In this document: one piece after another, positions 1-9,683 of the stretch
Position numbering within the stretch: the stretch's first letter is position 1
Layout: the number at the start of each line of letters is the position of its first letter
Notes under the pieces: generated by a model
The model's input: the letters and a program-made list of their open reading frames with translations, nothing else
What the model was told of the DNA's origin: nothing
The model's database searches: none
Made by a program: the position numbers and the translations under genes
Source of the DNA: a virus
Lineage: Duplodnaviria; Caudoviricetes
Direction: 5' to 3' (one strand)
IMG/VR virus record: IMGVR_UViG_3300049228_000050
Location: 1 to 27,278 of that record
DNA: 27,278 nt

Positions 1-470
1 GCCATAAATGGCGCCATGTATTGCGAGACTGCCGAGGTAAACGTTTCGACGCCTGATTTATTCTTAACGATATCCGGCATTGGCCCCGGATCTGAAACGT
101 TGGCGCCTGACTTAGCCAGGTCATCCGGTCCAATTCCGGACGTCATCATGTCTGATTCATTGATCAGCGGGCTGTTGCTGGTAATAAAGTCAGCCATTTC
201 CCGAGTCGTGCGACCCAACTCCCATACCGAGCGCAACACGCCTTCGCCTACGCTTGCCGCGATCCGTCCTGGTGTATTGGTTTCTTGCTCTGCTGGCGGA
301 CTCGTGACTACGGTCTGCGGCGGTTTTTGCCCATATTTAGCCAGGTAAGCGCCTTCATACGCCTGTTGATATTGTTCCTCAGGCATCGCGGCAACAACAT
401 CAGCGATATCCTGCCCGCCAGGGCTAGCGCCGCTATGCCGTGCTCGATAGGCGTCTAGGATATCGGTCAT
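1..470 (-). CDS. N-terminal part of a large internal virion (ejection) protein, truncated by the window edge
   Basis: ATG at 470 overlaps the upstream stop (TAATG). The frame reads MTDILDAYRARHSGASPGGQDIADVVAAMPEEQYQQAYEG... and stays open to the edge. It sits in the T7 gp16-like slot. Not in the ORF track. Confidence 0.7.
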   Translation of the reverse strand, partial: MTDILDAYRARHSGASPGGQDIADVVAAMPEEQYQQAYEGAYLAKYGQKPPQTVVTSPPAEQETNTPGRIAASVGEGVLRSVWELGRTTREMADFITSNSPLINESDMMTSGIGPDDLAKSGANVSDPGPMPDIVKNKSGVETFTSAVSQYMAPFM

Positions 471-1978
471 TATTCGCGCGCCTTAAACGTTGATGAGGCA
501 GCCGGCTTAGAGCCGCTGCCTTTGAACTGTTGCGCGCTATGCAAACTGATTTCATTATCGAATTCGCGATCGCTGATATCGCCTCGTCGATAAGCTTCCC
601 GAGCTTCTTCGCGCGTCGGATAGCGTGGCGGCGGGGTCTTCCCGTCTTGGATGTCGTAACGGTTGATGATTTCCGTCGCAACGCTTGCCGCATCGAAGTT
701 TGGATTGCTCACTGCGCGTTGGTAGTATTCGCGTAACGCAAGCCCGGCGACCAAATCGCTTCGTCCACGAATGCCCATCGCTAAATTACCGGGAATGACG
801 CCTAGCGCCTTATCGATAGTCCTGGCGCCCTCCTTGTAATCACGCGTTGTCGTCGCCGCCGCGCCTTTCTCTAGAATGGAGAGCAGCTTATCTCGCTCGT
901 CAGAATTGATCCCGGATGATGCGTCTAGCGCATTCAAGATATCTCCAACAGCAAGCTGTCCGCGATATGCTTTTTGCTCCATGGTGGCCGCTAATTCTGG
1001 ATCTCCTGGTCCGCCTTTCCGGCTGATGGCTTCTGCTGCATCTGCCAAGGTTTTGAACTGGTCGCCTCGGATCTCATTCTCTCGTAACGCTTCGTATAAA
1101 GCAGGCGGGGTGATATTGCCTTGGATAACTTCCGCGTAGTAAGTCCCGAAATTGAGATCCTGAACTTCTCGTGTCACTTTTCTGTTGTTGTTATCTTCTC
1201 GCTCGCGCTTAGAGATTTCTTCGTTGCGCATGGCTTCAGAGCGTTTTTCGGCATTCAGGATAATTCGTTGCCGCGTCTCGACGCTCATGTCCGCGTAACG
1301 ACCACCGTAGATGTCTTCTAGCACCTGGTCCGGCTCTGAATACACACGATAATTGAGATCATCTTCCGCGACCCCATCGACAAAGGCGCGGGCTTTCTTC
1401 TCGGCTTCTATTGGCGTGATGAACCCGGCCGATGCGGCGCCATGGATCATGGCTAGTGATTGCTGCATTAAGCGCGGGCGCTCCGGCAATTGCACCGAGG
1501 CGAGTTCCTGGCGTCGCTGCCATAGCTGGTTTTCTAGCGCGGCCTTAGACCACGCTATCTGATGCGTTGTCTGCGTTCTTTGCGCTTCAAGTAATTGCGT
1601 AGAGCTGTACTCGTAAATCTCCGCGCTTAACGCCGCCTGTGTCTGCGGATCATCAACACCGCCTAGTGTTTGCTCGCTGAGCTTATTTAGGACTTCGCCT
1701 GCCTCTTGCGCCAACGGCACTCCGTTACGCTCAAACGATGGATCGCTAGAGCGCTCTGCCCACCACGAAGAATACTGTTGCCGCAGCGACAGGGAGCGCA
1801 TCGCGATATCTGTCGTGCGCTTAGCCGCTTGTGATCTGGCCGCCAGTTCTAGCGTCGCCTTGCTCAGCACATCAAGCGCTTGTGCGGCTCCTTCTTGCTG
1901 AACACCAGCACCGCGCCGTATAACGCCGCCAGCGCTGTCTGGCTCCGGAACCTGGCGGGAATAGGTTTGAATTCTCAT
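470..1978 (-). CDS. Internal virion protein (gp15-like position), 502 aa
   Basis: Long helical Ala/Glu/Gln/Arg-rich ORF, coupled to both neighbours, downstream of the nozzle gene. Confidence 0.65.
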   Translation of the reverse strand: MRIQTYSRQVPEPDSAGGVIRRGAGVQQEGAAQALDVLSKATLELAARSQAAKRTTDIAMRSLSLRQQYSSWWAERSSDPSFERNGVPLAQEAGEVLNKLSEQTLGGVDDPQTQAALSAEIYEYSSTQLLEAQRTQTTHQIAWSKAALENQLWQRRQELASVQLPERPRLMQQSLAMIHGAASAGFITPIEAEKKARAFVDGVAEDDLNYRVYSEPDQVLEDIYGGRYADMSVETRQRIILNAEKRSEAMRNEEISKREREDNNNRKVTREVQDLNFGTYYAEVIQGNITPPALYEALRENEIRGDQFKTLADAAEAISRKGGPGDPELAATMEQKAYRGQLAVGDILNALDASSGINSDERDKLLSILEKGAAATTTRDYKEGARTIDKALGVIPGNLAMGIRGRSDLVAGLALREYYQRAVSNPNFDAASVATEIINRYDIQDGKTPPPRYPTREEAREAYRRGDISDREFDNEISLHSAQQFKGSGSKPAASSTFKARE

Positions 1979-2616
1979 CGTGAGGGGCTTGTGATTGGGC
2001 GCCAGCCAGACGCGCCAGGGACCGCGTTAGCTTGTGCTCGTGTATATCTAGGCGTTGACGTGGTTCGTTTTACTGGCGCGGCCTTGCTCGCGGATTTCTT
2101 AACCTTGGCGTCATCCGTCGAGGTCCAGGGGGTTTCATACACAACCCGTCCGGAACTGCTTATCAAGGTCGAGCCGAAATTAGCTAGCGCGTTATTCCTT
2201 GCCGCACTCGATTGTACGTGCGCTTGCCATTCTTCTTGAGCGCCTTGTCGCTTCAGTCGTTTGTCTTCGGCTACCGCCGTGTTATAGAGCGCCGTCTTAT
2301 CCAGCGATTGGCGATAGATCATGTCGCTTAGCACGGCCATGGGAGTTCCTTCGAGGGTAACCCCTGACTTTGCATAATTAGCAAGCTGCTCTTGATTCAG
2401 CCGCCGCTGCTCATCGCGCATGACCATTGCGCGATCCTCGTAAGAGCGCCACGCGGCCGAAGCCTCTTCACGAAACACGCCGGCGTTGAATTCGCCCTGT
2501 TTTTCTAGGGCTTTTGCGCCTTGATATTGTTTGACAGTCGAGAGTAGGCCAAGCCCTACCGAAACCAATGGCAGCGCCTTAGTAAAAATGCTCCCTACAG
2601 TGGATAGCAGGCTCAT
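1975..2616 (-). CDS. Internal virion protein (gp14-like), 213 aa
   Basis: Hydrophobic N-terminus, coiled coil and a YAKSGVTLEGTP motif (A.SGV...GSP type) typical of podophage small ejection proteins. Confidence 0.75.
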   Translation of the reverse strand: MSLLSTVGSIFTKALPLVSVGLGLLSTVKQYQGAKALEKQGEFNAGVFREEASAAWRSYEDRAMVMRDEQRRLNQEQLANYAKSGVTLEGTPMAVLSDMIYRQSLDKTALYNTAVAEDKRLKRQGAQEEWQAHVQSSAARNNALANFGSTLISSSGRVVYETPWTSTDDAKVKKSASKAAPVKRTTSTPRYTRAQANAVPGASGWRPITSPSR

Positions 2617-4619
2617 AAATCCTCAACCACCAGCGTCCCAACAAGCGCCAAAATAGTTGCTGGCAATGGGAGATCTTGCTCAATCGTGATCTGAGCCTCT
2701 TCGTCGTAACCCTCTAGCTGGACCTCGCGAAACCCCGTAAACGGCTGCAATGGCCCGCCCATTGGATCGGATGCTTTCCGCATGTCTACGCGCTGTCCAT
2801 TAATCAGTAATCCGATCGAACGATAAAGACGCGCTTTGAACCTGCCCCAACTCTTAAACCTTCCTTGCGTGCTTCCATCTTGAGCCCCGACAACGCCCGG
2901 GAGCGTCGTTAACGACGAGCGATACAAAAGCCCTACAGTCGCCTTTGTAACCGCCAGGGGCAACGTAATTGCGCCGCCCGTGACAACCTGATCCGGTTGC
3001 ACTGAGCCATTCCCGAGAATTGAAACCGTCTCGCCTTCTAAATGCGTCAACCCAGACAATGTCGTCGTTGACGCGCCTGAATACATGAGACCAGAGTCAA
3101 CAAAATTCGCACTTTCGATGCTTGTCTCTAATTCAAACCGTTGAGAGAGATATTCAACGTATCTTTTAGTAACTCCGTTGATAGTCCGCTTAACGCTAAC
3201 CCATGTTTGCGTGTAACCCTCGGTTCCATTCGATGCAGAGACCGGAATGCACGCTACGGACTCAACAACGGCACTGCCTGTTCCGAACGATCCCGCAATT
3301 TCGTGAGTCCCCCAGCCAACGATTTCTTGCTCTCTATCGTAGGTGAGCCCGAGCAATGTGCCATCCGATCTCACCGCCCATACAACTGAATCAGGCTCCT
3401 TCGCATAAGCAAATTGCGTGATCCCGCTGCTCGTAATGTGCTCGGCTAACAGTGAGACATCAGGCGCCCGGTAAGCGTCGTCACGAAACTCGAAAGAAAG
3501 CTCACGCACTTTTCTTTTTGACAGCGATAGAAACAGCACAACATTCCCGGCGACGACCGGCATCACGTAAGCGCTGCCGTGTTCTGTCTGCGGGGTAATA
3601 CGAACATTGGTCGGGGTCAGCGGCTCCGACGGACTCCCGGCCGTGAACTCTGCGTTAGCCGTGCCAATGAAAAGAATATCTTTCGCGCGCAACCATTGGA
3701 TGGTGCTTTGATTCTGTGCGCTGATGGTGTAATTAACCGCGTCCGTATCTCCTACGCCGGTCGTCATGTCCTCGTAATCAGCGACTGCCGAGCCCCATAG
3801 CGTCTGCGGCTGAAAAGCAGAGCCGCCAAAATATAAGCGCTGTTCAAAAAACGAGACCGAGCGCGGGAACCCTCGATGGGTAGACCATGCGCCCTCGCGC
3901 CACGTGGTGACCGCCGTTGCTGCCCCGAAAGCAATCAACACCGTTGCATTAACGACTGTCGTTGATACAAAGCCAGTGATCCGCGCAACGCCCCGAGTGC
4001 CGCCGTGCGTTATCCCAATGATAGCCCCTGGCTCTGTGCCCACTGGCGCCATGTTCGCGTTAAAGTAAGCGGAACTAGCGGTGATTGTGATCGCGCCAGT
4101 CGTCGCGCTCGGCGTCATTGTGATCGCCGTGGCGTTGTCCGACAAATAAGGGCCGTCAGTGAATGCCACCTCTGACAACGTCCAGGACGTGTGCCCGGAG
4201 CGCGTCAGCTTGCGCGGCCAATGATTGGCGCTCGTGATGTACATCAGATCCGCAGTCTGCGCGTATTGCAGACTGAATAGATTAGCCTCCGGGAACTCGG
4301 TGGCTATTTCATACGGCGGCCCAGATAAAATCTGGCCATTGTCGCGATAGAACCGTAGGTAGAGATCTCCGAACTCCAAGATATACGCTTGCTCGACGCT
4401 GAATTCGAACGGGATCAAGCGCACTTTTTTGCTTGAGGTCTTTACCTCTGCTACATAGACACTACCGGGGCGACGGTCTACGCCACCGTGCGGCATGACG
4501 GTGAAATTGCTTAGTTCAGCAACGCCAGCCCCATAGCGGGAAATATCATCACGCCCAAAAAGACGTGGAGATACTTCGCCTGCCGTGAAGTTATTTTGCG
4601 CCGGGACAACTCTAGGCAC
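2613..4619 (-). CDS. Tail tubular protein B / nozzle (T7 gp12-like), 668 aa
   Basis: N-terminal QNNFTAGEVSPRLFGRDD...GGVDRRPG, plus FPRSVSFFEQRLYF and VGWGTH motifs. Confidence 0.92.
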   Translation of the reverse strand: MPRVVPAQNNFTAGEVSPRLFGRDDISRYGAGVAELSNFTVMPHGGVDRRPGSVYVAEVKTSSKKVRLIPFEFSVEQAYILEFGDLYLRFYRDNGQILSGPPYEIATEFPEANLFSLQYAQTADLMYITSANHWPRKLTRSGHTSWTLSEVAFTDGPYLSDNATAITMTPSATTGAITITASSAYFNANMAPVGTEPGAIIGITHGGTRGVARITGFVSTTVVNATVLIAFGAATAVTTWREGAWSTHRGFPRSVSFFEQRLYFGGSAFQPQTLWGSAVADYEDMTTGVGDTDAVNYTISAQNQSTIQWLRAKDILFIGTANAEFTAGSPSEPLTPTNVRITPQTEHGSAYVMPVVAGNVVLFLSLSKRKVRELSFEFRDDAYRAPDVSLLAEHITSSGITQFAYAKEPDSVVWAVRSDGTLLGLTYDREQEIVGWGTHEIAGSFGTGSAVVESVACIPVSASNGTEGYTQTWVSVKRTINGVTKRYVEYLSQRFELETSIESANFVDSGLMYSGASTTTLSGLTHLEGETVSILGNGSVQPDQVVTGGAITLPLAVTKATVGLLYRSSLTTLPGVVGAQDGSTQGRFKSWGRFKARLYRSIGLLINGQRVDMRKASDPMGGPLQPFTGFREVQLEGYDEEAQITIEQDLPLPATILALVGTLVVEDL

Positions 4620-4628
4620 TGGACGAGA

Positions 4629-6119
4629 CTAATTGCACATCACCGCGCCAATAGTCGGCGACGGCCCGAAGCGTTTACCGAAGTAGTCTACGCCTGCGAT
4701 GGGCGGCGCTTTGAAGGCCGCGTTACAGAGCGGGCTTGCGGCGGTTGGGCGGAAGCCTTCCGGGGTGGTGGGAGTTGTGTCGCCGGATAGGGTTGGATTA
4801 CTCCCGAGAGATCCGGCTTCAGAACTACAGCCAGCAATATAAGTGGCCACGGTTGAGAAATTCCCGCCGCAAATATTATTGCTATATTGGTTGGTTTCCC
4901 CGTCGGGATACATCAAATTATTGCCCCCTAGATAACTAGTGTTCGTACTGCCTATTTTAAGTCTCCATCCCGCTGATGCTGTACCCGTGTAATAGCAATT
5001 ATTGTTACGGTAAGTTACTTGATTCAAATCTGCAAAAAACTCAGCACATTCTTCCACGTTGACGAAGGAGTTGTTCAGAATCTGCATTGGCACGTTAAAG
5101 TCATCAGCAGAATTTGCTGTGAAACCGTATTTTGAATTCTCAACAACGTTCCCACGCATGATAAAAAAAGTTAAAGCTGTCGCCGCTGGGTCTGTAAAGT
5201 AAGTAAAAGCCGCATTAAAACCCTTAACGTAATTTGCGATTAATAAACAGCGCCCAGACGTACAACTGATGCCGTGATTAACAGTAAGTCGATTCCCGTT
5301 GTTGATGATTTTATTGTTGACAATAGAAGTCAACCCGGCTGTAGCCCCGACGATAATTGCTTGTTTAATTGCCGCCGTAGTCGTTGGCCATTTTATGGTG
5401 TTGTTGCTTATCGTCACGTCGCCATCAGCGTTGTAAACCTGAATAGCGTCGCCATTTACTCCGATAGTCGAAAAATTTGTAATGGTGGAATTGGAAATAT
5501 AAATCCCCCCGACTGTTGTATTGCCTGCGTAGATCGCATCTTCTCCGCATCCAGAAATGTTTGCCCGGTTTACGGTTATGGAATGCTTTTGCAACGCAAG
5601 GCAGACATACCCGCCGTTCCGCAGGATCACATCTTGCACGACGTTAAAACCAATTTGACTGCCGTTACTGGTGATAATAAAAAGGTAGCCGCCTGGGGTT
5701 TGTGCGCCGTTTTCGACGGTGATATTTTTTAGATCCAAGTAACTGGCATCTTGCGCCGGCTCACCGAAAGACAGCACCGGCTGAGCAACTCCATTCCCGT
5801 TCAAAGAACCCGGATTACCAGGGCAATCGCCACGCACCGTAATGTGTTGTGCACTGGTTCCGTTCTCGGAGAGAAAAAAAGTGGAATTAGAACTAACCGC
5901 TCCGCATACCCATACACTATCCCCCGCCCCTACGGCAGTCTCTATGCTAGCTGTGGTCCACCCCGTGGCTGCGTTAGCCTGAGAATTTCCGGAAAATGTA
6001 CCGCTACCGGTTTGAGATAAATAATAGTCTGCCGCGCCCGCACAGCGCATCAGCGCGACGGAAGCACACAACAGAACGGCGGTGATTACCGCGCCGCGCA
6101 GGGACCATATCTTGATCAT
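4629..6119 (-). CDS. Right-handed parallel beta-helix (pectate-lyase-like) protein with signal peptide and choice-of-anchor-Q-like C-terminus; possible depolymerase or adhesin, 496 aa
   Basis: Start reassigned to ATG 6119 (ATGA overlap with the upstream stop). Asn/Ile-rich repeats (ISNNTI, IVNNKII, ILNNSF), an N-terminal YYLSQTGSG motif and a C-terminal FRPTAASPLCNA...DYFG..F....IGA motif. Confidence 0.75.
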   Translation of the reverse strand: MIKIWSLRGAVITAVLLCASVALMRCAGAADYYLSQTGSGTFSGNSQANAATGWTTASIETAVGAGDSVWVCGAVSSNSTFFLSENGTSAQHITVRGDCPGNPGSLNGNGVAQPVLSFGEPAQDASYLDLKNITVENGAQTPGGYLFIITSNGSQIGFNVVQDVILRNGGYVCLALQKHSITVNRANISGCGEDAIYAGNTTVGGIYISNSTITNFSTIGVNGDAIQVYNADGDVTISNNTIKWPTTTAAIKQAIIVGATAGLTSIVNNKIINNGNRLTVNHGISCTSGRCLLIANYVKGFNAAFTYFTDPAATALTFFIMRGNVVENSKYGFTANSADDFNVPMQILNNSFVNVEECAEFFADLNQVTYRNNNCYYTGTASAGWRLKIGSTNTSYLGGNNLMYPDGETNQYSNNICGGNFSTVATYIAGCSSEAGSLGSNPTLSGDTTPTTPEGFRPTAASPLCNAAFKAPPIAGVDYFGKRFGPSPTIGAVMCN

Positions 6120-6556
6120 GGGAGGTACACTACGCTGATATCGACGGTACCCGTAGTCAGCACGCAAAGGCCGGCGCTGACCTCAATTCCCAACTCGTAT
6201 ACCTGCGATGCAACAAGCGGAATAGCTCCCGTTTTTTGTAAGGCTCCAGCAGCATTACACGTGCCGTCTGCGTCGTCGTAGGTCGCTGCCGTGCCTGCGG
6301 TCGAGGCGGTGACGATAATGCGCTTAATCAACGCTGCTCCCACAAAAACTTGCGTACTTGCCGCCGTTGTGATGCGCACTGAACTGCCGCCGTTGCTGGT
6401 TTCATAGGCGCCAAGCGCAGTGCTATACCCCGGCCCCCCCACGTTCTGCGCATCAATAATGACTCTCTCGCATTCGCCATTAGGACATGTGGTGTAAGAG
6501 CCCGCAGAGGCAATGGCCGATGCCAAAATCAGAATGAGTCCGCAAAAAACTTTCAT
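6116..6556 (-). CDS. Small beta-rich, virion-associated-type protein with predicted signal peptide, 146 aa
   Basis: MKVFCGLILILASAIASA|GSY leader. The Thr/Ala-rich body ITTAASTQVFVGAALIKRIIV resembles small phage structural proteins. Confidence 0.6.
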   Translation of the reverse strand: MKVFCGLILILASAIASAGSYTTCPNGECERVIIDAQNVGGPGYSTALGAYETSNGGSSVRITTAASTQVFVGAALIKRIIVTASTAGTAATYDDADGTCNAAGALQKTGAIPLVASQVYELGIEVSAGLCVLTTGTVDISVVYLP

Positions 6557-6560
6557 TTCT

Positions 6561-7181
6561 CTATCCTATTAACGCTTGCGTATTTGAAACAAAACTACCG
6601 TTTCGCACATCAAGCAATTCGTTGCTATCAATTTCGTCCGGGGTGCCCTCTTGCGTATCGGCGTGCTCGGCCGCATCCATGAGATTGGCATATAGCGCCG
6701 ACATTGCTTCGAGCATGGATTTAGACTTGGTGATGGGAATAGCGAGATTCATTGCGATCATGGCCGCCAGCGCGACCTTGAACCCATCATCAAATTGTGC
6801 CGGTGACTCTATGCGTGCGATATATTTTATCAACACGCTTGAACTGTTCGAGTAAAGGAGTCGCCCTTCGATTTTGTACGGGTTGAGATCTTCGACTTCC
6901 AGAACCCGCAAACAATAGGGTGTTGTGGGTAGCGTGTACCCGTACTGGAACCCCCATACGGGATAATCCGCGTCTATAGCGGCCAGTGGTGCGCCTAAGT
7001 TTTTACGTTTTGTCGCAAAATTCCAGGGGTAGGCGCGCAATGCGGTATCTCTGCATTGCGAGTAGAACAAGTTGCAAAGAATTGCATTCGTGCTCGTGTC
7101 TAGGTCTAGCGAGGTAATGCGCGTCGCGCCCAGCAAACTGAGCGCAGCGTTGCATATTTCTATCTCGCCAGACCATGACAT
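6561..7181 (-). CDS. Tail tubular protein A / adaptor (T7 gp11-like), 206 aa
   Basis: EICNAALSLLG...I.SL, PWNFATKR and Y.LP..CLRV motifs. Confidence 0.92.
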   Translation of the reverse strand: MSWSGEIEICNAALSLLGATRITSLDLDTSTNAILCNLFYSQCRDTALRAYPWNFATKRKNLGAPLAAIDADYPVWGFQYGYTLPTTPYCLRVLEVEDLNPYKIEGRLLYSNSSSVLIKYIARIESPAQFDDGFKVALAAMIAMNLAIPITKSKSMLEAMSALYANLMDAAEHADTQEGTPDEIDSNELLDVRNGSFVSNTQALIG

Positions 7182-7187
7182 CGCTGC

Positions 7188-7727
7188 TTACCGATTGTCG
7201 GTATACAGAACCTGTAGCGCGACCGTGCCGGCCGCTGTCGTAGCCGCCGTGAGCGTTAGGCACACATCAAAGTCCACTTGTGGATCTGAGGTAAGCCCGC
7301 ACAACTGCCATAACGGTGTTTCTAGCTTGTCGATATTGGTTGCCGTGGCCTCGTGGGTCACGTCCGTACCGACTACCAAGGCCGAAGCAATTGATTGCGC
7401 CGTCGCAAACACATCAGCGTCTACCGCTACTAGACCAGTGGTTACTGTCGCAACCTGCCCGCCTAGCCGAGTGGGCTGCGCGTAGTAGCAACCAATATCA
7501 GCCGCGCCGCTGGTGATTGCATCGCAATACATCAGCACACGTCGAACAAACGCATTCGAGGGAATGCGGCAAACCTTAAACACGCTGGCGATACTATCGC
7601 CGTTCGCAAGCTCAACAACGCCAGCCGCTAACTTTACCGTTCCGCCAGCTTTTGCCGCTTCCGCCTGCACTACGGGCACCGTCTCCATATTGGAGATGAC
7701 GCCGGATTTTCCTAGTACTACTGCCAT
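7188..7727 (-). CDS. Capsid decoration/cement protein, 179 aa
   Basis: Directly after the major capsid gene; beta-rich with DS..S.....RIPSNA and ADIG motifs. Confidence 0.65.
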   Translation of the reverse strand: MAVVLGKSGVISNMETVPVVQAEAAKAGGTVKLAAGVVELANGDSIASVFKVCRIPSNAFVRRVLMYCDAITSGAADIGCYYAQPTRLGGQVATVTTGLVAVDADVFATAQSIASALVVGTDVTHEATATNIDKLETPLWQLCGLTSDPQVDFDVCLTLTAATTAAGTVALQVLYTDNR

Positions 7728-7756
7728 TTTGGCTTTCTCCTAAATTGGCTGATGGA

Positions 7757-8620
7757 TTACGGCGTGCAGGCAATTTGAACAAGCTGCTCGTCTTCGATGC
7801 GCGTCGCCGCGAGGCTTGCGCAGACGTACACTTGTGTCGCGTTGCGTTTGTCACGTCGTGGGCCGATGTCGACCATGAGATCTTGACCCATGCCAACGCC
7901 AAGCGCTGCTTGCGTGTAAGCCAGGACTAGTCGGTTGCCTGAACCATCTAAAGTCAACCGCTGCGTGCGGATGAACTTGAAGCCCATGAACGTATCGATC
8001 GCCCCCTGCGCCAACGCCTTCACGGTATTGAAGTCGGACGATTTCACTTCGGTCGTGTTCAACAAGTCTGTTACCTGTTTTGCCGTCACGATAATGTGTC
8101 GCGGCAGATCTGGATCGACGTCCGCCGCATCAAGCAGCTCGCGTGCGCTCAAGAGTTTGGCGATGGTCAGTCCGGTTGCGGCTACGGCGACCTTTTGGCC
8201 TGCCGGTAATGCGGTAACAGTCGCGCCGCTCTGGCCTTCGTAGGCGTTACCGTTTGCAGCAGCAATGATCACATCATCAATCGAGCGGCCAACAGCCCAG
8301 CCACCGGACACCGCGTAATGGTTATCTGGCTGGTAAATGGTGCGAATGCGATCGATATTATCGATCAGATCAGCCCAATCCCAATCGGTCATCTCGGCGC
8401 GTCGGCGCGAATGCGGGGTGTTGGCTAGGGGGGTGTCTGCGTGGCGCGTGGTAATCTGCTGCGCCGATGTCGGACCAATTCGCTCGTAGTAGACCGTGCG
8501 GCCAACCACTGAGCCATCATTGCGAACCGTACCGAGTAGGCGCGAGCCTTTTTGCTGCGCCAACATGATCACGTTCGAGCGGTACATCTCGACGTGTGCT
8601 ACAGGGATCTGATTGGACAT
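7757..8620 (-). CDS. Major capsid protein, 287 aa
   Basis: LAQQKGSRL, RHADTP...TPHSRR, VKALAQGAIDTFMGFKF and ATRIEDE motifs; GGAGGA RBS; follows the scaffold gene. Confidence 0.93.
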   Translation of the reverse strand: MSNQIPVAHVEMYRSNVIMLAQQKGSRLLGTVRNDGSVVGRTVYYERIGPTSAQQITTRHADTPLANTPHSRRRAEMTDWDWADLIDNIDRIRTIYQPDNHYAVSGGWAVGRSIDDVIIAAANGNAYEGQSGATVTALPAGQKVAVAATGLTIAKLLSARELLDAADVDPDLPRHIIVTAKQVTDLLNTTEVKSSDFNTVKALAQGAIDTFMGFKFIRTQRLTLDGSGNRLVLAYTQAALGVGMGQDLMVDIGPRRDKRNATQVYVCASLAATRIEDEQLVQIACTP

Positions 8621-8768
8621 TGGTAGTCCTCCGAAAGTTGTTTAACAAACTCTCGAAGGACTACCCGATAGCGCGGACCCTTCTTACGGGTTTACGCCCG
8701 TCGCGTGGGTGCTTTCACCCGGTCTTCCGGACCCTTACATGGACTCCCCGGTTATGCATCTATATAAC
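8621..8768 (-). promoter_or_regulatory. Structured mRNA leader of the major capsid gene (several hairpins, RBS-sequestering stem)
   Basis: mRNA-sense stems GGGTG-AAAG-CACCC and ACGGG-CGTAAA-CCCGT, plus an 18-bp stem GGTAGTCCTTCGAGAGTT/AACTTTCGGAGGACTACC covering the SD. Confidence 0.75.
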
Positions 8769-9683
8769 CTAAGCCGCGCGGTCTTTCAAGGCAGCCATCT
8801 GCTGGAATAGATTTTCCATTTTCGAGACCAGCGGCTTGTGATTCGGATCGAGATTGTTTTTGTACGCGGGGTTACCCTGGATCTCGGCGATTTTCGCCTT
8901 AATCTCATCGAGCGAATCAGGCAACCCAAGATTGGGCCGCTGCCCTTGTACGATCCGATCCTCGCCAAGAAAATCGGCCACGCGCTCCATGTACTCAATG
9001 AGTAGCGGCGCATTGCCGAGCCCAACAGAATCGACTTGCTGCTTCAGCACTTCGCTGCGTTCCGCGCCTAGAATTGGCGTTAGCGTGCCCAGCGCTCGGC
9101 TAAGCCGCTGATCATATCCAGCGCCCCACTTTTCGCGCAGTTCATTCGCCGCTGACTCTTGCTGTGATTGCGCTTCTTGCGCCGCTGCCTTAATCGAGGC
9201 GAACCATTCCGCCCGCACGGCGGCAGCCTGTGTCGTCGATAAATTAGCTGTGTGCGCAATCGGCGCAAACCACTGATCAAGATTCCCCTGCACGTCGTTA
9301 GGCAAGCCCTCATCTGGCGTAAACTTATACGCGGTCGGCGCCTCTGGAACGCCTAGCCGCTGATAAAATGTCTTCCAGCCATCTGTATCATCGGGTCCCG
9401 GCATGCGCACCAGGCTCGGCACTTTCTCCGCGAGTCGCGCATCAAACTTTTTGATGTCATCCGGTCCCGCATCCGCACCGGGGATACGAATGCTTGCGCC
9501 GATCGCCTGTTGTGCATTGATGTAAGCTTTCGCCAGCCCGTCTGCATCCTTAATCCCAGTCTGCGCAATCGGATCTCGATAGTCGCTAGCCAAAGAATCA
9601 AGAAATCCGCCGCCAGTAGTGTTGCCGGCTACTGGGCTGCCGCCGTCATTCTGGTCGCCACCTGCGTTGTTGTCTTCGCTCAT
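8769..9683 (-). CDS. Capsid assembly scaffolding protein, 304 aa
   Basis: LAKAYINAQQAIG, FYQRLGVPE..Y, LREKWGAGYD and acidic N-terminus; between portal and capsid. Confidence 0.88.
   Translation of the reverse strand: MSEDNNAGGDQNDGGSPVAGNTTGGGFLDSLASDYRDPIAQTGIKDADGLAKAYINAQQAIGASIRIPGADAGPDDIKKFDARLAEKVPSLVRMPGPDDTDGWKTFYQRLGVPEAPTAYKFTPDEGLPNDVQGNLDQWFAPIAHTANLSTTQAAAVRAEWFASIKAAAQEAQSQQESAANELREKWGAGYDQRLSRALGTLTPILGAERSEVLKQQVDSVGLGNAPLLIEYMERVADFLGEDRIVQGQRPNLGLPDSLDEIKAKIAEIQGNPAYKNNLDPNHKPLVSKMENLFQQMAALKDRAA

Noticed and set aside
7728-7770. T7-style capsid frameshift or readthrough into the next gene
   Set aside because: No slippery heptamer seen; the downstream gene has its own AGGAG RBS.
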